The notes: generated by a model from the letters alone, not told the origin. Shown: positions 1-11,831, counted from the first letter of the stretch. The stretch: DNA of 64,000 nucleotides from Scenedesmus sp. PABB004 (GCA_014905635.1 JABVCE010000004.1:1178001-1242000), one strand, 5' to 3'. Translations and numbers: made by a program.

Positions 1-566
1 CTACGGAGCCAAGGTGCGCAGCCTGAGCTTCAACCTCAAGGACCCCGCCAACCCCGACCTGCGCGCGCGCGTGCTCTCGGGCGCCATCGACCCCGCGCTG
101 CTCGTCGAGCTGAGCCCCGAGGAGCTCGCGAGCGACGGGAAGCGGCGGGAGAATGCAAAGATCCGGCAGGAGGCGGCGGCCGAGGCGGTGCGCGGGCAGC
201 AGCAGCAGGCATCGACCGACATGTTCAAGTGCGGGCGCTGCAAGCAGCGCAAGTGCACCTACTACGTGAGCGGCGCGCGGCGGCGCGCGGCGGCGGCGGC
301 AGGCGCGGGCGGGCGGGCGCCGCGCTGCTGCGGCGCGCCGGCCGCGCGTGAGCCGCCCGGCGCGCGCGCCCGACTGCGGCGCAGCAACTGCAAACGCGCT
401 CCGCGGACGAGCCGATGACCACGTTTGTGACGTGCGTCAACTGCGGCAACAAGTGGAAGTTTTGCGTGAGCGGCCGGGGCGCCGCGCGGCGGGACGGCGC
501 TCGCCGCCGGGCCGCGCGGCGCGGCCTCACCGCCGCCGCGCCTCTGCTGCCGCCCGTGCGCAGTGA
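1..566 (+). CDS. TFIIS: Transcription elongation factor S-II, 3' part (partial; exons 1-265, 385-465, 564-566)
   Basis: Spliced translation ...[16 protein letters not shown]...LSPEELASD...[47 protein letters not shown] contains the TFIIS Zn ribbon with the RSADEP acidic hairpin. GT-AG introns at 266-384 and 466-563. Confidence 0.96.
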
Positions 567-578
567 CCGCCTGCTGGC

Positions 579-1102
579 GACGGCTGGGGCTTACAGCCGC
601 CGCGGCCGCTGCGACGCGGTGCGGCGGCGATGGAAGCGGGGCGCGCGCGCGGGCCGAAGGGGCGGCAAGCCCCGCCGCGCGTGCAACCGGCCTGCCTCGT
701 CCGTCCGCGCCGCGTCGCCCGCGTGGCTGTTCAGCTGGGGCCAGCTGGGCTGGCAGCCGAGCCAGCGGCACAGGCCCAGCCCGCCGCGGGCTGCGCGGCG
801 GTGTGCCCTGGGGCCTGGGGCCGCGGCGGTTGTGCACGGGCGGGCCGCTGTCCTCGCCGCTTGGTGCGTGGCCACTCCCACGAGTCCGCGCTCTCCCTCA
901 CGACCTGCCCGCCGACCCGGCTGCACCGCGGGCATGCACGCTGCACGTGGCGGCAGCAGCGGACGCGACAGCAGCAGCGCACGGCCGCCGCGCCCCGCCG
1001 GGGCCCCGGGAAGGCCAGGCCGACCGCCCACGCACGGTGCGGGCCTGCGGCTCACTGCTGGGGCGCGGGCGGTCGAGCTGGGAGCCGCCCGCAGGACGCG
1101 CG
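579..1102 (+). repeat. ~520-bp direct repeat, copy 1
   Basis: Runs from GACGGCTGGGGCTT to GCAGGACGCGCG. Matches 2031-2551 apart from a few substitutions and one small indel. Confidence 0.97.
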
Positions 1103-2032
1103 AGCAGTGGCAGCAGCGGCGGCGCGCTCCCAATGCCGCCGCCTCCGCGCGCGCGCGCCGCCCCCCGCCAGGCCGCCCCGGCGGGCGGAGGGGCTGCTGC
1201 TGCTGCTGCGCCGCGCCGCCCAACTACTATGAAGTGCTCGGGGTGCCGACCGACGCCGAGCCGGCGACGATCAAGGCCGCGTTCCGCGCCGCGGCCAAGT
1301 CCACGCACCCAGACGTCGCCGGCGCGGCCAGCGGCGACGCCTTTCGCCGCGTGCGGCGCGCGTACGAGGTGCTGTCGAGCGCGCCGCTGCGCGCCGAGCA
1401 CGACGCCGCGCTGTGCCTGCCGGGCGCGCGCGCGGCCGACCCGCGCTTTGCCCGCTTTGAGCGCTGGCGGCGCGAGGTCGTGCCCGACCTGCGCCTCGTG
1501 CTTGACGAGTGGGGCGACGAGGTGCGCGCCGGCGTGCTCGGCGCGGCCGACGCCGCGCTCGCCGCGCGCGAGGCCGAGCTCGCCGCGGCGCTGGCCGCGC
1601 CGGGCGGAGCCGGCGACGCGCGCGCGGCGCTCGAGTCGATGCGCGGCCTGCTGTGCGACGCGGCCGCCAACACGCAGCGACTGTACGACAAGCGCTACGA
1701 GCAGCTGCAGGTGCGCGGCCGGCGGCGCGCGCGCGCTCGCGACGCAGCCGGCCGCGCAGGCGCCTCGCGCTCGCGGCGCTGCCGGCGCTGCCGGCGCTCA
1801 CAGCATCACCAGCCACTCCAGGCGCCAGCCGTGCACGCTGAGCCCCCCGGGCGCGCTGCTGCGCCGCGCACAGACTCGGTACCCGGCGTATCCTGCGATC
1901 GTGTGGTACGACGTCTGGCTCGAAGAGTCGGACGCCTGGCTCGCCGCCGCGGACGCGCTGCGCGCGCGCTGGGAGCCCAGGCTGGACGCCGCCGCCGCCG
2001 CGCTCGCCGCGCGGGGCGGCGCCGCCGGCTGA
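934..2032 (+). CDS. J-domain (DnaJ type C) protein, possibly organelle-targeted (exons ~934-1710, 1874-2032)
   Basis: [34 protein letters not shown]...[12 protein letters not shown] is a J domain with intact HPD. GT-AG intron 1711-1873 joins to [18 protein letters not shown]...TGA. The start is uncertain: the nearest in-frame ATG lies inside the repeat. Confidence 0.8.
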
Positions 2033-2551
2033 CGGCTGGGGCTTGCAGCCGCCGCGGCCGCTGCGACGCGGTGCGGCGGCGATGGAAGCGGGGGCGCGCG
2101 GGCCGAGGGGGCGGCAAGCCCCGCCGCGCGTGCAACCGGCCTGCCTCGTCCGTCCGCGCCGCATCGCCCGCGTGGCTGTTCAGCTGGGGCCAGCTGGGCT
2201 GGCAGCCGAGCCAGCGGCACAGGCCCAGCCCGCCGCGGGCTGCGCGGCGGTGTGCCCTGGGGCCTGGGGCCGCGGCGGTTGTGCACGGGCGGGCCGCTGT
2301 CCTCGCCGCTTGGTGCGTGGCCACTCCCACGAGTCCGCGCTCTCCCTCACGACCTGCCCGCCGACCCGGCTGCACCGCGGGCATGCACGCTGCACGTGGC
2401 GGCAGCAGCGGACGCGACAGCAGCAGCGCACGGCCGCCGCGCCCCGCCGGGGCCCCGGGAAGGCCAGGCCGACCGCCCACGCACGGTGCGGGCCTGCGGC
2501 TCACTGCTGGGGCGCGGGCGGTCGAGCTGGGAGCCGCCCGCAGGACGCGCG
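2031..2551 (+). repeat. ~520-bp direct repeat, copy 2
   Basis: Near-identical to 579-1102. Begins within the J-protein stop codon (T|GA). Confidence 0.97.
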
Positions 2552-2639
2552 CTGCTCAACCAGCAGCGGCGCTGCCGACGGTGAACTCAGCCACAGCGGC
2601 CGCAGCGGCATCGGCAGTGGCTGGCGGCTCGCCGCCGTG

Positions 2640-3672
2640 ATGGGCTCGGTGGACGGCGGCCCGCCGCAGCTCAGCCACCGCGCGTCGTTCACCGCGCGCC
2701 CCGCGGGCTACGCCGCGCTCGTGGAGCAGCCCGCGCGCGGCGCGCAGCAGGCGCCGGGTCCCGACCCCGGCGGCGGCGAGGCCGCGGCCGCGGCGGGGCT
2801 CGACGCCGCGTACGCGCGGTTGACTTGGCGCCTCATGCCGCTGCTGCTGGCCGTCATCACGCTCAACTACCTTGACCGCACGGCGCTCTCGTTCGCCTCG
2901 ATCCAGATGGCGGCCGACCTGGGGCTGTCCCTTCACGTGTACGGCGTCGGGTCGAGTCTCTTCTTCTTGAGTTACTGCGCGCTGCAGGTGCCGGGCAACT
3001 ACGTCGCCACGCGCGCCGGCGTGGCGCGCTGGCTGTCCGGCATCTGCCTCCTCTGGGGCCTCGTCGCCGCGGCGTTTGCGCTCGTGAAAAGGCCGTGGCA
3101 GTTCTACGCGCTGCGGCTCCTGCTCGGCGCCTCCGAGGCGGGGACCTTCCCGGCAGTGTGGTTCGCGGTCAGCCTCTGGTTTCCCGGCGACAGGCGAGTG
3201 CGCCGCGACGCGGCGCGGCGCGGCTTGGGAGTCTGTGTGAGCGCGCGCGCGCCCGGCCCGGCGGCGGGCGGGGCGTGCTGAGCGCTGAGCGCGCTGTGCC
3301 CCGCGGCGCCCGGCCGCGCGCGCGCAGGGTCGCGTTCCCTTACTCGCTCATGGCGGCCGCGGTGGCGGTGAGCCAGATTGCTGCGGCGCCGCTCGCCGCC
3401 GGCCTGCTGTCGCTGGACGGCCTGTTTGGTTTGGCCGGGTGGCAACTCGTGTTCATCGGCGAGGGCGCCCCGTCTGTGCTGCTGGCGCTGGCGCTGCTCT
3501 GGCTGCTGCCAAACGCGCCCCAGGAGGCCGAGGGCCGCAGGGCTCTGGGGCTGAGCGCGCAGGAGCTGCAGCTGCTGCGCGCCGACGTGAGCGCAGCAGC
3601 GCGGGGCGGCGCCGCGCCGCACCGACCCCGCCGAGCGCGGCGCAACAGGCGACCGAGAGCCGCCACCATTGA

Positions 3673-3714
<42 letters not shown>

Positions 3715-4705
3715 GCCCGCGCAGCACGCAGCCAAGGCTGGCGGCCGCGCGCCGAGCGGCGGCGGCGGGGGCGCGGGCTTCTTGGAGCTGCTCGGCCAGG
3801 CGGCGCGGCTCTGGCAAGTGTGGTACTTGGCGGTGCTCATCGCCCTGCTCAACGTGGGCACGCTCGCGCTCATGTCTTTCTTGCCCTTGATGGCCGCGGC
3901 GCTCCTCAGCGGCGCCGACCCCGGCGGCGCCGACGCCGGCGGCGCCGGCGCGCGCGCGGCGGCAGGCGCGCACGGCGGCGGCGGCGGCGCCGGCCGCGAC
4001 GCGGGCGTGGCCGCGGTGCTGCTCAGCGGCCTGCCCTTTGCGCTCGCCGCCGTCGCGGCGCCGGCGGCGGGCGCGCACGCGCAGCGGACCACGGCGCCGC
4101 CGGAGCGCTACATCCTCGCCGGCGCGGCGGCGGCGGGCGTGTCGCTGTCGGCGTTCCCGCTCGTGGCGCGCGCGAGCCGCGCCGCGGGCTTTGCCTGCCT
4201 GTGCGTGGCGCTGACTGCCGCGGTCGCGGCGTCCCCGCACCCGCCGGTGCTCATCAGCCGCGTCGCCGCCGCCGGCCCGACGACGGCGCTCGCGCTCGCC
4301 CTCTATAACACCCTGGCCATGGCCGCCGGCGTGGCGGGGCCCTGGCTGATGGGCGCGTGCGCGGAGCGCTTCGGCAGCACCTCCGCCGCGACGGCGGTGA
4401 TGGGCGTGCTGCAGCTGGCCGCCGCGGGGATGAGCCTCTGGCTGCTGCGCCGCCCGGCGGCGTGGCGCGACAGCGCCGGCGGCGGCGCCAAGCTCGGGCG
4501 CGGCGGCGCCGACTGCGAGCTCGTCTACACGCGCAGCTGCAGCAGCAGCAGCCGCGCGGCGCTCGGCAAGGCGGCTGGCGGCGCCCGGGCGGCTGGCGGC
4601 GGCGGTGAGTGCGCGGCCGAGGGCGACGACGAGAGCGAGAGCGCGGTGCTGCTGGCGGAGGGCGCGCCCGTGCGGTTGCCAAGCCGGAGCGGGGCGCGGC
4701 GCTGA
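2640..4705 (+). CDS. MFS transporter, anion:cation symporter (TtuB/allantoate/nicotinate permease-like) family
   Basis: LTWRLMPLL...LNYLDRTALSFA...DLGLS...YGVGSSLFFLSY...QVPGN...RLLLGASEAGTFP...WFP, then GLAGWQLVFIGEGAPSVL, with many hydrophobic helices. Introns 3194-3327 (GC-AG) and probably 3587-3724. Confidence 0.9.
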
Positions 4706-4956
4706 ATGCTGGCAACGCGCTCGTGATCACTTGCACGCGCGTGCCGTGCGCTAGGCCCCCAGTCCGGACCGCGCTAGTCCCGAGCGCGCCGCAGCCGCCC
4801 ACGCGCTGGTTCGTGAGCTGCAGTTCAGCCCGCCCCAGTCAACCCACAGCAACCCGCCCCCGGGTCACCATCGCGCCACCGCCGCCGCCCACGTCCAACC
4901 GCCGCGTCAGGCTCGTCAGCGTAGCATGTACAGTCGCCACCCGACCGTCGCCGCGC

Positions 4957-7900
4957 TCACAGCAGCCCGCCGAGCCCGCCGCGCACGGCGGCCGCGCGGT
5001 CGAGCGCGTCCGCGGCGCTGGCGGCGTGCTGCTTAGCGCGCGCCTCCTGCTGCTGCGAGCGCTCGCGGTGGTAGCGCGAGAGGCTCAGCGCGCCCATCAC
5101 ATCATCCCCGAGTGCCATCAGCCCCACGCCGCCGCTGCCGGCCAGCAGCGGGCCGCCCGCCGCGGGGCTGCCGGCCGCCGCGGCGCCCCAGCTGCCGCGC
5201 AGCGGCGGCGCGGCGCCGAGACCGGGGGCGGCGGCGACGCCGCGTCGGCGTGCCACGACTGCTGCGCAGGCGAGCCGTAGCGCGCGTCCGGCCCGGCCCG
5301 CTGCACGGGCGCGGCGGGCTGCTGCCGCAGCTGCCGGCGCTGCTGCAGCGTGAGCGGGCTGCTGCCACCCGCGCACGGCAGCAGCGGGGAGTTCGGTGGG
5401 CCGCCGGCGCGGCCGGTGAAGCCAGCGGCGCCGCCGAAGCTGGCAGGCGAGCGCGGCAGGAGGCTGCTGCCGGGAAAGCTGCCGTCCGCGGCAGCAGCCC
5501 CGCCAGCTGCGGCGCCAACGACCTCGTCCCAGCTGCCGCCGCCGGCGGCGGCCGCCAGCAGCGAGCCCTGCGCCGCCAGCAGGCCCGGCGCGGCGCCGGG
5601 GCTGCCGAGCAGCGGCCGCCCCCGCCGCGCGGCCTGCTGCTGCTGCAGCAGGCTGGCGGCGCGGTGCTGCTGGTGCTTCTGCTGCTGCTGGCTCAGCCGC
5701 AGCTTGAGGCGGTCCAGCTGGGCCTGCTGCTGCATGATCTCGACGTGCAGCCCGCCCAGGCTGGCCACGGGCAGGCCGCCGGCGGGCGGGCTCTCGGCGC
5801 CCTGCGCCTGCCGCTGCCCCAGCTCGGCGCCCGGCGCCTGCGCGGCCGGACCGAGCCCCGGCGGCGCGACCTCCTGGCTGGCGAGGTCCTGCAGGCGCGG
5901 GTGCCGGGCCGGCGCCTGCGGCGCGGGCGCCACGGGGCTGGCCGACGCCGGCAGCTCCGGCAGGCCCGCACTGCCGGGCCGCGCGCCCGCGCCGCCGGCG
6001 GCGCCGTCGTCGCTGCCGGCGCCGGGCGAGGGCGGCACGCTGAGCGCGGCGCGCGCGCCGCGGCTGCTCACGGCGCGGCTGCTGGTGGAGGCCGGCGTGT
6101 CGCTGGCGTACGACATGCGGCACATGTCGTCCTCCGCCTCGCCGCCGGCGCCCCAGCCCGCGGCAAAGCCAGCGCCGCCCGGGCTGGCGACGCCGCCGCC
6201 GTCGGCCGCGAGGCCCGCGGCCGGCACGGCCGGCGCGGGCTGCGGCGTGCCCGGCCGCTCGTCGCCCGTCGCTGGCGGCGGTGGCTGCGCGGCGCCGCGC
6301 TTGGCTGCCTCGTCCTCCGCCGCCTCGGACGTGGGCGGCTCGCGGCCTTGCTGCTGCTGCTGCTGCTGCGCGTCGGTCTGCACCGCCGCGTCCAGCTGCC
6401 GCCCGCCCGCCTGCACGGCCGCCTCGTGGCGCGCCTGCGACGCACGCAGGCGCTGCCGACTGCTGCGCGCGGCAGCGGCGCCCGCGTCCAGGATGGCCGC
6501 CGCCGCGTCTGCCTCCACGTCCATGCGCAGCTGCTCCAACTCCTGCGCGTGGCTGGCCGCCAGGTCGGCAAGCTGACCCTCCAGCGCCGCGCCGCGCGCC
6601 TGCGCGGCGTCCAGCTGCCGCTGCTGCACCGAAACCTGGGAGCGGCGGGCAGGCGGCGGCGGGTGAGGGCAAGGGGCGGGGAGGGGGGGGGGCTGCTGTG
6701 AGCGCAGCGCGTCGCAGTGCGCCGCCGCCCGCGCACCTGCTGCCGCAACTCGTCCCGCTCGTGCGCCAGCACCTGCGCCTGCGCGCCCAGGTCCGCCGCC
6801 TCGGCGCGCGCGGCTGAAAGCTCCGCCCGCGCGGCCGCGAGCTTGTCGCCCCAGCTGGCATTGGCGGACTGCAGCAGCGCCGCTGCCTTGGCCCGCGCGT
6901 GCGACTTGGCCTCGCTCACCGCGCGGCGCGCGGCCTCAAAGCTCACCGAAGACTTGAGCTCTGCGCGGCGGCGCCGCACATCCGGGGCGGTGAGCGGCAC
7001 GCGCAGCCGACGACGCGCCCCCGGCTGCGCTGCCCGGCCCACTCGGCGCGCACCTGCCGCATGCGACTGCAGCAGCTGCTGGTTCAGCTCCTGCAGCCGC
7101 TGGATCTCCTGCCGCGCGGCGGCCAGCAGGGCGCTGCCGGCGGCGCCCTCGACCCTCGCGGGGTCGGCCGCCGCCGCGGCTGCCGGCACCCCGCGCGCGC
7201 GCCGCGCCCCGCGCGGCTGGCCGCGCAGCGGCGAGCTGGCGTCGTCGGCGGCGGCGTCCTCGCCGCCGCTGGCGGGCGCGCCGCCTGCTGCTGCGGTGGA
7301 GCCCGCCGACTCGGTGGTGGCGCTGTCCGTCTGGACCGCGGCATCGGCGCGGCGCGGCGGCTGCTGCGCCGCGGGCAGCGCGGCGGCCACAAGCGCCTGG
7401 TCTGCCTGCGGCTCGTCGTCCAGGCCGAGGATGTCGACCCAGCTGGACCGGCTGGCCGCGCTGTCGTGCACCTGCTGCTGCGGCGCGGGGCGAGCAGCGG
7501 AAGGAGCGTCGGGTGGCGCGCAGAAGGGCAAGCGTGCGCGCGCGCGCGCGCGGCGGCGGCCCCCCCCCCCCTCCCCTCTGCGGCGCAGCCCCGCGGCGCA
7601 CCCTGCGCTCGCCCTTCTGCTGCAGCACGGCCAGCAGCTGCTGCTGCTGCTTGAGCTGCGCCTGCAGGCTCGCGATGGTGTGCGCCTGGTCAGCCAGCCG
7701 CGCCCGGCAGCAGGCCAGCTGCTGCGCGTTGCCGCCGGCGCCGCCGGGGTCGTCGCCGCCAGCTGTCGCGTCATCCTGCGCCTCGCTGCCAGCCGCGGGC
7801 TCCTCAAACGCGGGGTTTGTGTGCACCGAGTGCCAGCTGCCGGTGCTGTCGCGCAGGCCGCGCCGCGGCTGCGACATGACGTCGCCATCGCCATCGCCGG

Positions 7901-9927
7901 CCGCCGCGGGCGCGGCGCCGCCGTGCGAGCTGCTGCTCGCCGCCGCTGCCGACAGCTCCTGCTGCAGGCGCAGGATCTCCTGCCCCGTGAACTGCCGCTC
8001 GTGCTGGCACGACACCAGGGCCACGTCCAGCTCGTGGCGCAGCCGCGCCGCCTCCGCGTGGGCAATGCCCAGCTCCGCGCGCAGCGCGTGCTCGACCGCG
8101 GCGCCACCCGGCGCGGCGCCGTCGCTCGCGGCGCCGCCCGCCGCCGCAGCGGCGGGCGCGGCGGCAGCGGCCTGCGCCGCCTCCAGCTGCTGCTCCAAGG
8201 CCTGCAGCTCCCTCTCCGCCGCGCCGCGCTGCGCGGCGAGCTGCTGCTGCAGCGCTGCGCTGTCGGCGGCCGCCTGCTCCAGCTGCGCCGCCTGCTGCTC
8301 GGCCTGCTGCGCCGCCGCCGCGGCCTCCGCCTGTGCTGCCGCGAGCTGCTGCCTGAGCGCCGCCACCTCTGCTGCGGCGCCGGCCTGGACGCGCGCCACC
8401 TCCGCGGCGTGGCGGTGCATCTGCGGGCGCGGGCGGCGCAGCACGGTTCAGGGCCCGGCCGCCCGCCGGCCGCGCGGCGTGCAGCTCGCCCCAGCGCGCG
8501 GCGCCGCCGCCGCACCTGTGTGCTGACGTCGCCGTCCTCCAGGTCTGCCACCTTGCCCTCCAGCCACTCAACCTGCAGCTGGCGCTCCGCCAGCGTGGCG
8601 CTCAGCTCGTCCACCTGCTCCCGCAGCGCCGCCTTGCCCGCCTCCGCGTCCGCCGCGGCGGCCTGCGCGTCGCCCGCCGCCCGGCGAGCGTCGGCGAGCT
8701 CGGCCCGCAGCGCGCCGAGCTGGCGCTCCGCGTCGGCGACCTGCTGCGCCGCCTCGCCGGCGCCGGCAGACGCCGCCGCCGCCGCCGCCTCGGCGGCGCC
8801 GCGCGCGTCGGCGAGCTCCGCCTGCAGCGCCGCGAGCTGGCGCCCGCGCGCCTGGCACAGCAGGCGCGCCTGCGCCGCCTCGGCGCCCAGGCGCGCGCGC
8901 TCGGTCTGCTCCGCGGCGAGCTTGGCGGCAAAGCTGCCGCTGAGGCGCTCCAGCTGGGCCTCGATCGCGCTGACCTGGCGCTCGCTCGCGCCCAGCGCCG
9001 CGTCCTTTGCCGCGAGCTGCGCCGACATCTGCGCGAGCACCGCGCCCTGCGCCAGCGAGAGCCGGCCCTGCAGGTTGCCGCCCAGCAGGTGCACGTTCTG
9101 CTGCAGCGACACGAGCTGCCCCCGCAGCGTGAGGCCCTCTGTCGCGCTCGCGGCCAGCGCGCCCTGCAGCTGCGTGGCCTGCGGCACCGCGGCGGCGGCA
9201 GCGTGGGCGCGGCGTGGCGGTGGCGCCGTGCTGCGCACCGCGTGGCGGCGGCGCCGTGCTGCGCACCGCGTCGCGGCGGCGCCGCGCGCTGCGCGACCAG
9301 CGCGCGCCCAGCCGGTCGCTCGCGCACCTGCTGCTCCCAGGTCGCGGCGAGGCGGCGCTGCTCGTCCAGGGCCTGCCGCAGCTGGCTGAGCCGCTCCATG
9401 ACCTTGGCCTCGTCCGCGGAGGGCAGCAGTGGCGACAGCAGCAGCTCCAGCGGCGCGGCCGCGGGCTGCTTCTCGCCCTGGTCGCGCGACAGCCGCGCGT
9501 CGGCGGCCGCGGGCCGCGCGGGCGGCGGCGCCGCCGCTGACGGCACCGCCGGCGCCGCGCCCTGCCAGAGCTCTGGCGCGCTGTGCGTGCTCACGGCGAG
9601 CCCCACGCAACCGCCGCGGTTGGCGCCCGGCGTCCAGCACATCGAGCCGCCGCTGCTGCGCCCGCCCGGGCTGGCGGCGGGGGCGTGCTGCAGCGCCAGC
9701 GCCCGCCGGCCGGCTGGGACGGGGCTGTCGCCGCCGGGGCGCGGCGGCGTGCCGGCGCTGCCCTCGCCGCTGCGCGCCGCCGCTGACGAGCACAGCCCGC
9801 TCACGGGCGAGCCGTAGGGGCAGCCGCCTTGCAGTGACGCGCTTCCCAGTGGCGCCCGCTTGACGGGCGTGCCTCCCTCGGCCGGGCGCGCGGAGGCGCC
9901 CCAGCCAGGCTGGCCGGGAGCGTCCAT
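4957..9927 (-). CDS. Large coiled-coil protein of unknown function (about 7 exons; apparent frameshift near 5226)
   Basis: Heptad-rich A/E/Q/L/R exons (KVMERLSQLRQALDEQRRL, LREQVDELSATLAERQLQVEWLEGKVADLE, ARQEIQRLQELNQQLL) joined by GT-AG introns. The C-terminus is either at 5118 or, after a frameshift, at 4957. Confidence 0.7.
9214..9269. repeat. 28-bp tandem duplication in an intron
   Basis: GTGGCGG(T/C)GGCGCCGTGCTGCGCACCGC x2. Confidence 0.85.
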
Positions 9928-10280
9928 GGCCGCGGGCGCGGTGCGCGCGGCTAGCGGGGCGCCTGGCGCGTGTCCATGCCGCCGATCGCGAAGAGCGCAG
10001 TCCCGTCACGCGCCGGGTGCGGCAGGAGATGGCGCGGGGAGCGGCCGGCGCACGCGCGCGCGCGAATCAACAACGCCGCCGCTGGTGGGGCTCGGGGGTG
10101 CTGTGAGCGGCGCAGATTGACGGCGCAGCGCGCTCGCGCCCAGCGCATGCGGCCGGCGGCGGCGTCGCGGGGCACAGGCGCCGCTGCACCGCCGCACGCG
10201 ACGAACGAAGGTTGCCATGCTCAGGCCGCAGCGCACTCGCTCGCGGCCGCAGCCCCGCCGCTCGCCGCTCACTCGCTCGC

Positions 10281-11831
10281 TCACTCGGCGTCGTCGACCC
10301 AGGACCAGCCGTCGGCCTGCAGCATGAGCTCGTCGAGCCAGCCCCGCCCGCCCGCCTCGTCCTCGTCGTCGTCGCTGCTCAGCCAGGGCTCGTCGCCGTC
10401 GCTGCCGTCGTCGCCGTAGGTCACGTAATGGCGCGCCGGCCCCGGCCGCGCGCGGTGCGCGGCGCGACCCCCGCCCGCCGGCGCGCGCGGCGCCGCCGCG
10501 GCGTCAGGGTCGTCGAGGTCCGACGTCAGCCAGTCCAGCGCCAGCAGCGCCGCGAGGTCGGCGGCGAGCCGCGGGTCGGCCGCGGGGCTGGTCACGTAGC
10601 GCTCGGCCCAGTCGCGCGCCGCCGCCGCCGCGCGCGGGCTGCGCGCGTCGCCCATGACGGCAAAGAGCGACTCAAAGCCCATCTCCTCAAAGCGGGGGAG
10701 CCGCCCGCCCGCGCGCCCGCGCGCGCCGCGCCGGCCGCCGGGCGCGCGCCGCGCGGCGCCGCTGCGCTGCCGCGCGGCGTCGGGGTCGGGGTAGGTGCGG
10801 CTCGGCCGCGCGCCGCCGCCGCTCCCACTCCGGCTGCCGCCGCCGTCGCCGCCGCTGCTGCCGCTCCTGCTGCCGCTCCTGCTGCCGCTCCTGCTCCGGC
10901 TGCTGCCGCCACTGCCGCCGCCGCCGCCACTGCTGCTGCTGCTGCCGCTGCTGCTGCCCCTCCACATGCTCGGGTCCAGCGTGACGCCCTGCCGGCGCAG
11001 TGTCTCGAGCGTCGAGACGAGCTCCGCCAGCTCCTGCGCGGCGGCAGGCAGGCCGCCGGTCGGTGCCGCGGCGTGCGCCTGCGGCGGCGCGGCAGCGGCG
11101 GCGCCTGCGCGGCCGCGCGCCACGCGCTCACCTCAAGGCTCTCCAGCCGCTCCAGCGCCGAGCCAAAGAGCTGCTTCACCACGCCCCGCGCCGCGGGGTC
11201 GAGCTGCTGCAGCAGCGCCGCAGCCGCCGCCGCGCCGAGCGGCGGCGCCCCGCCCCCGCCCCCGGCGCTGCCGCTGCCGCTGCTGCTGCTGCTGCGCCGC
11301 CGTCGCCGCCGCCGCCGCCGCCTGCGCGGCGCGGCGCCGCCTGCGGTTGGCGTCCCAGCTCGACTGGTGCGACCCGGACTCGCGGTGCCAGCCATAAAAC
11401 CCAGCGCCCGCCTCCTCCGCGCCGTCGTCGTCGTCGCTGTCCAGCTCGTCCGCAAACTCGCGCGCGACCCACGCCCAGTCGACGGCGGCGCCGCCGCCCG
11501 CGCCGCCGCCGGCGCGCCGCGAGCGCGCGCGCGCGGCGCGCGCGCGCGCGGCGTCATAGTCGGCCCGCGTGGCGGGCTCGGACAGCGTCTCGTACGCTGC
11601 CCTGGCAGCTCGGAACGCGTCGTCGCTGCCCGCGCCGGCGACGTCGGGGTGCAGGCGCTTCGCCAGGCCCCGAAACGCGGCCTTGATATCGTCCCCACTC
11701 GCTGTCGGCGGGACGCCGAGCACGTCATAGTGGCACGCCGCCTCGCAGCGCCCGCACGGGGGCCGGCGGCGCGGCAGCAGCGGCGTGCGCGGCGCGGCGG
11801 CGGCGCCGGCGCGCAGCCGCGCCGCTGCCAT
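10281..11831 (-). CDS. J-domain protein, likely plastid-targeted (exons 11831-11132, 11033-10281)
   Basis: R/A/P-rich N-terminus, then [33 protein letters not shown]...[13 protein letters not shown]...RADYD. One GT-AG intron and an acidic Trp-rich C-terminus. Confidence 0.85.

Noticed and set aside
579..2551. LTR retrotransposon or TRIM interpretation of the direct repeats
   Set aside because: No TG...CA termini, target-site duplication, primer-binding site, polypurine tract or gag/pol. The internal region is an intron-containing host gene.
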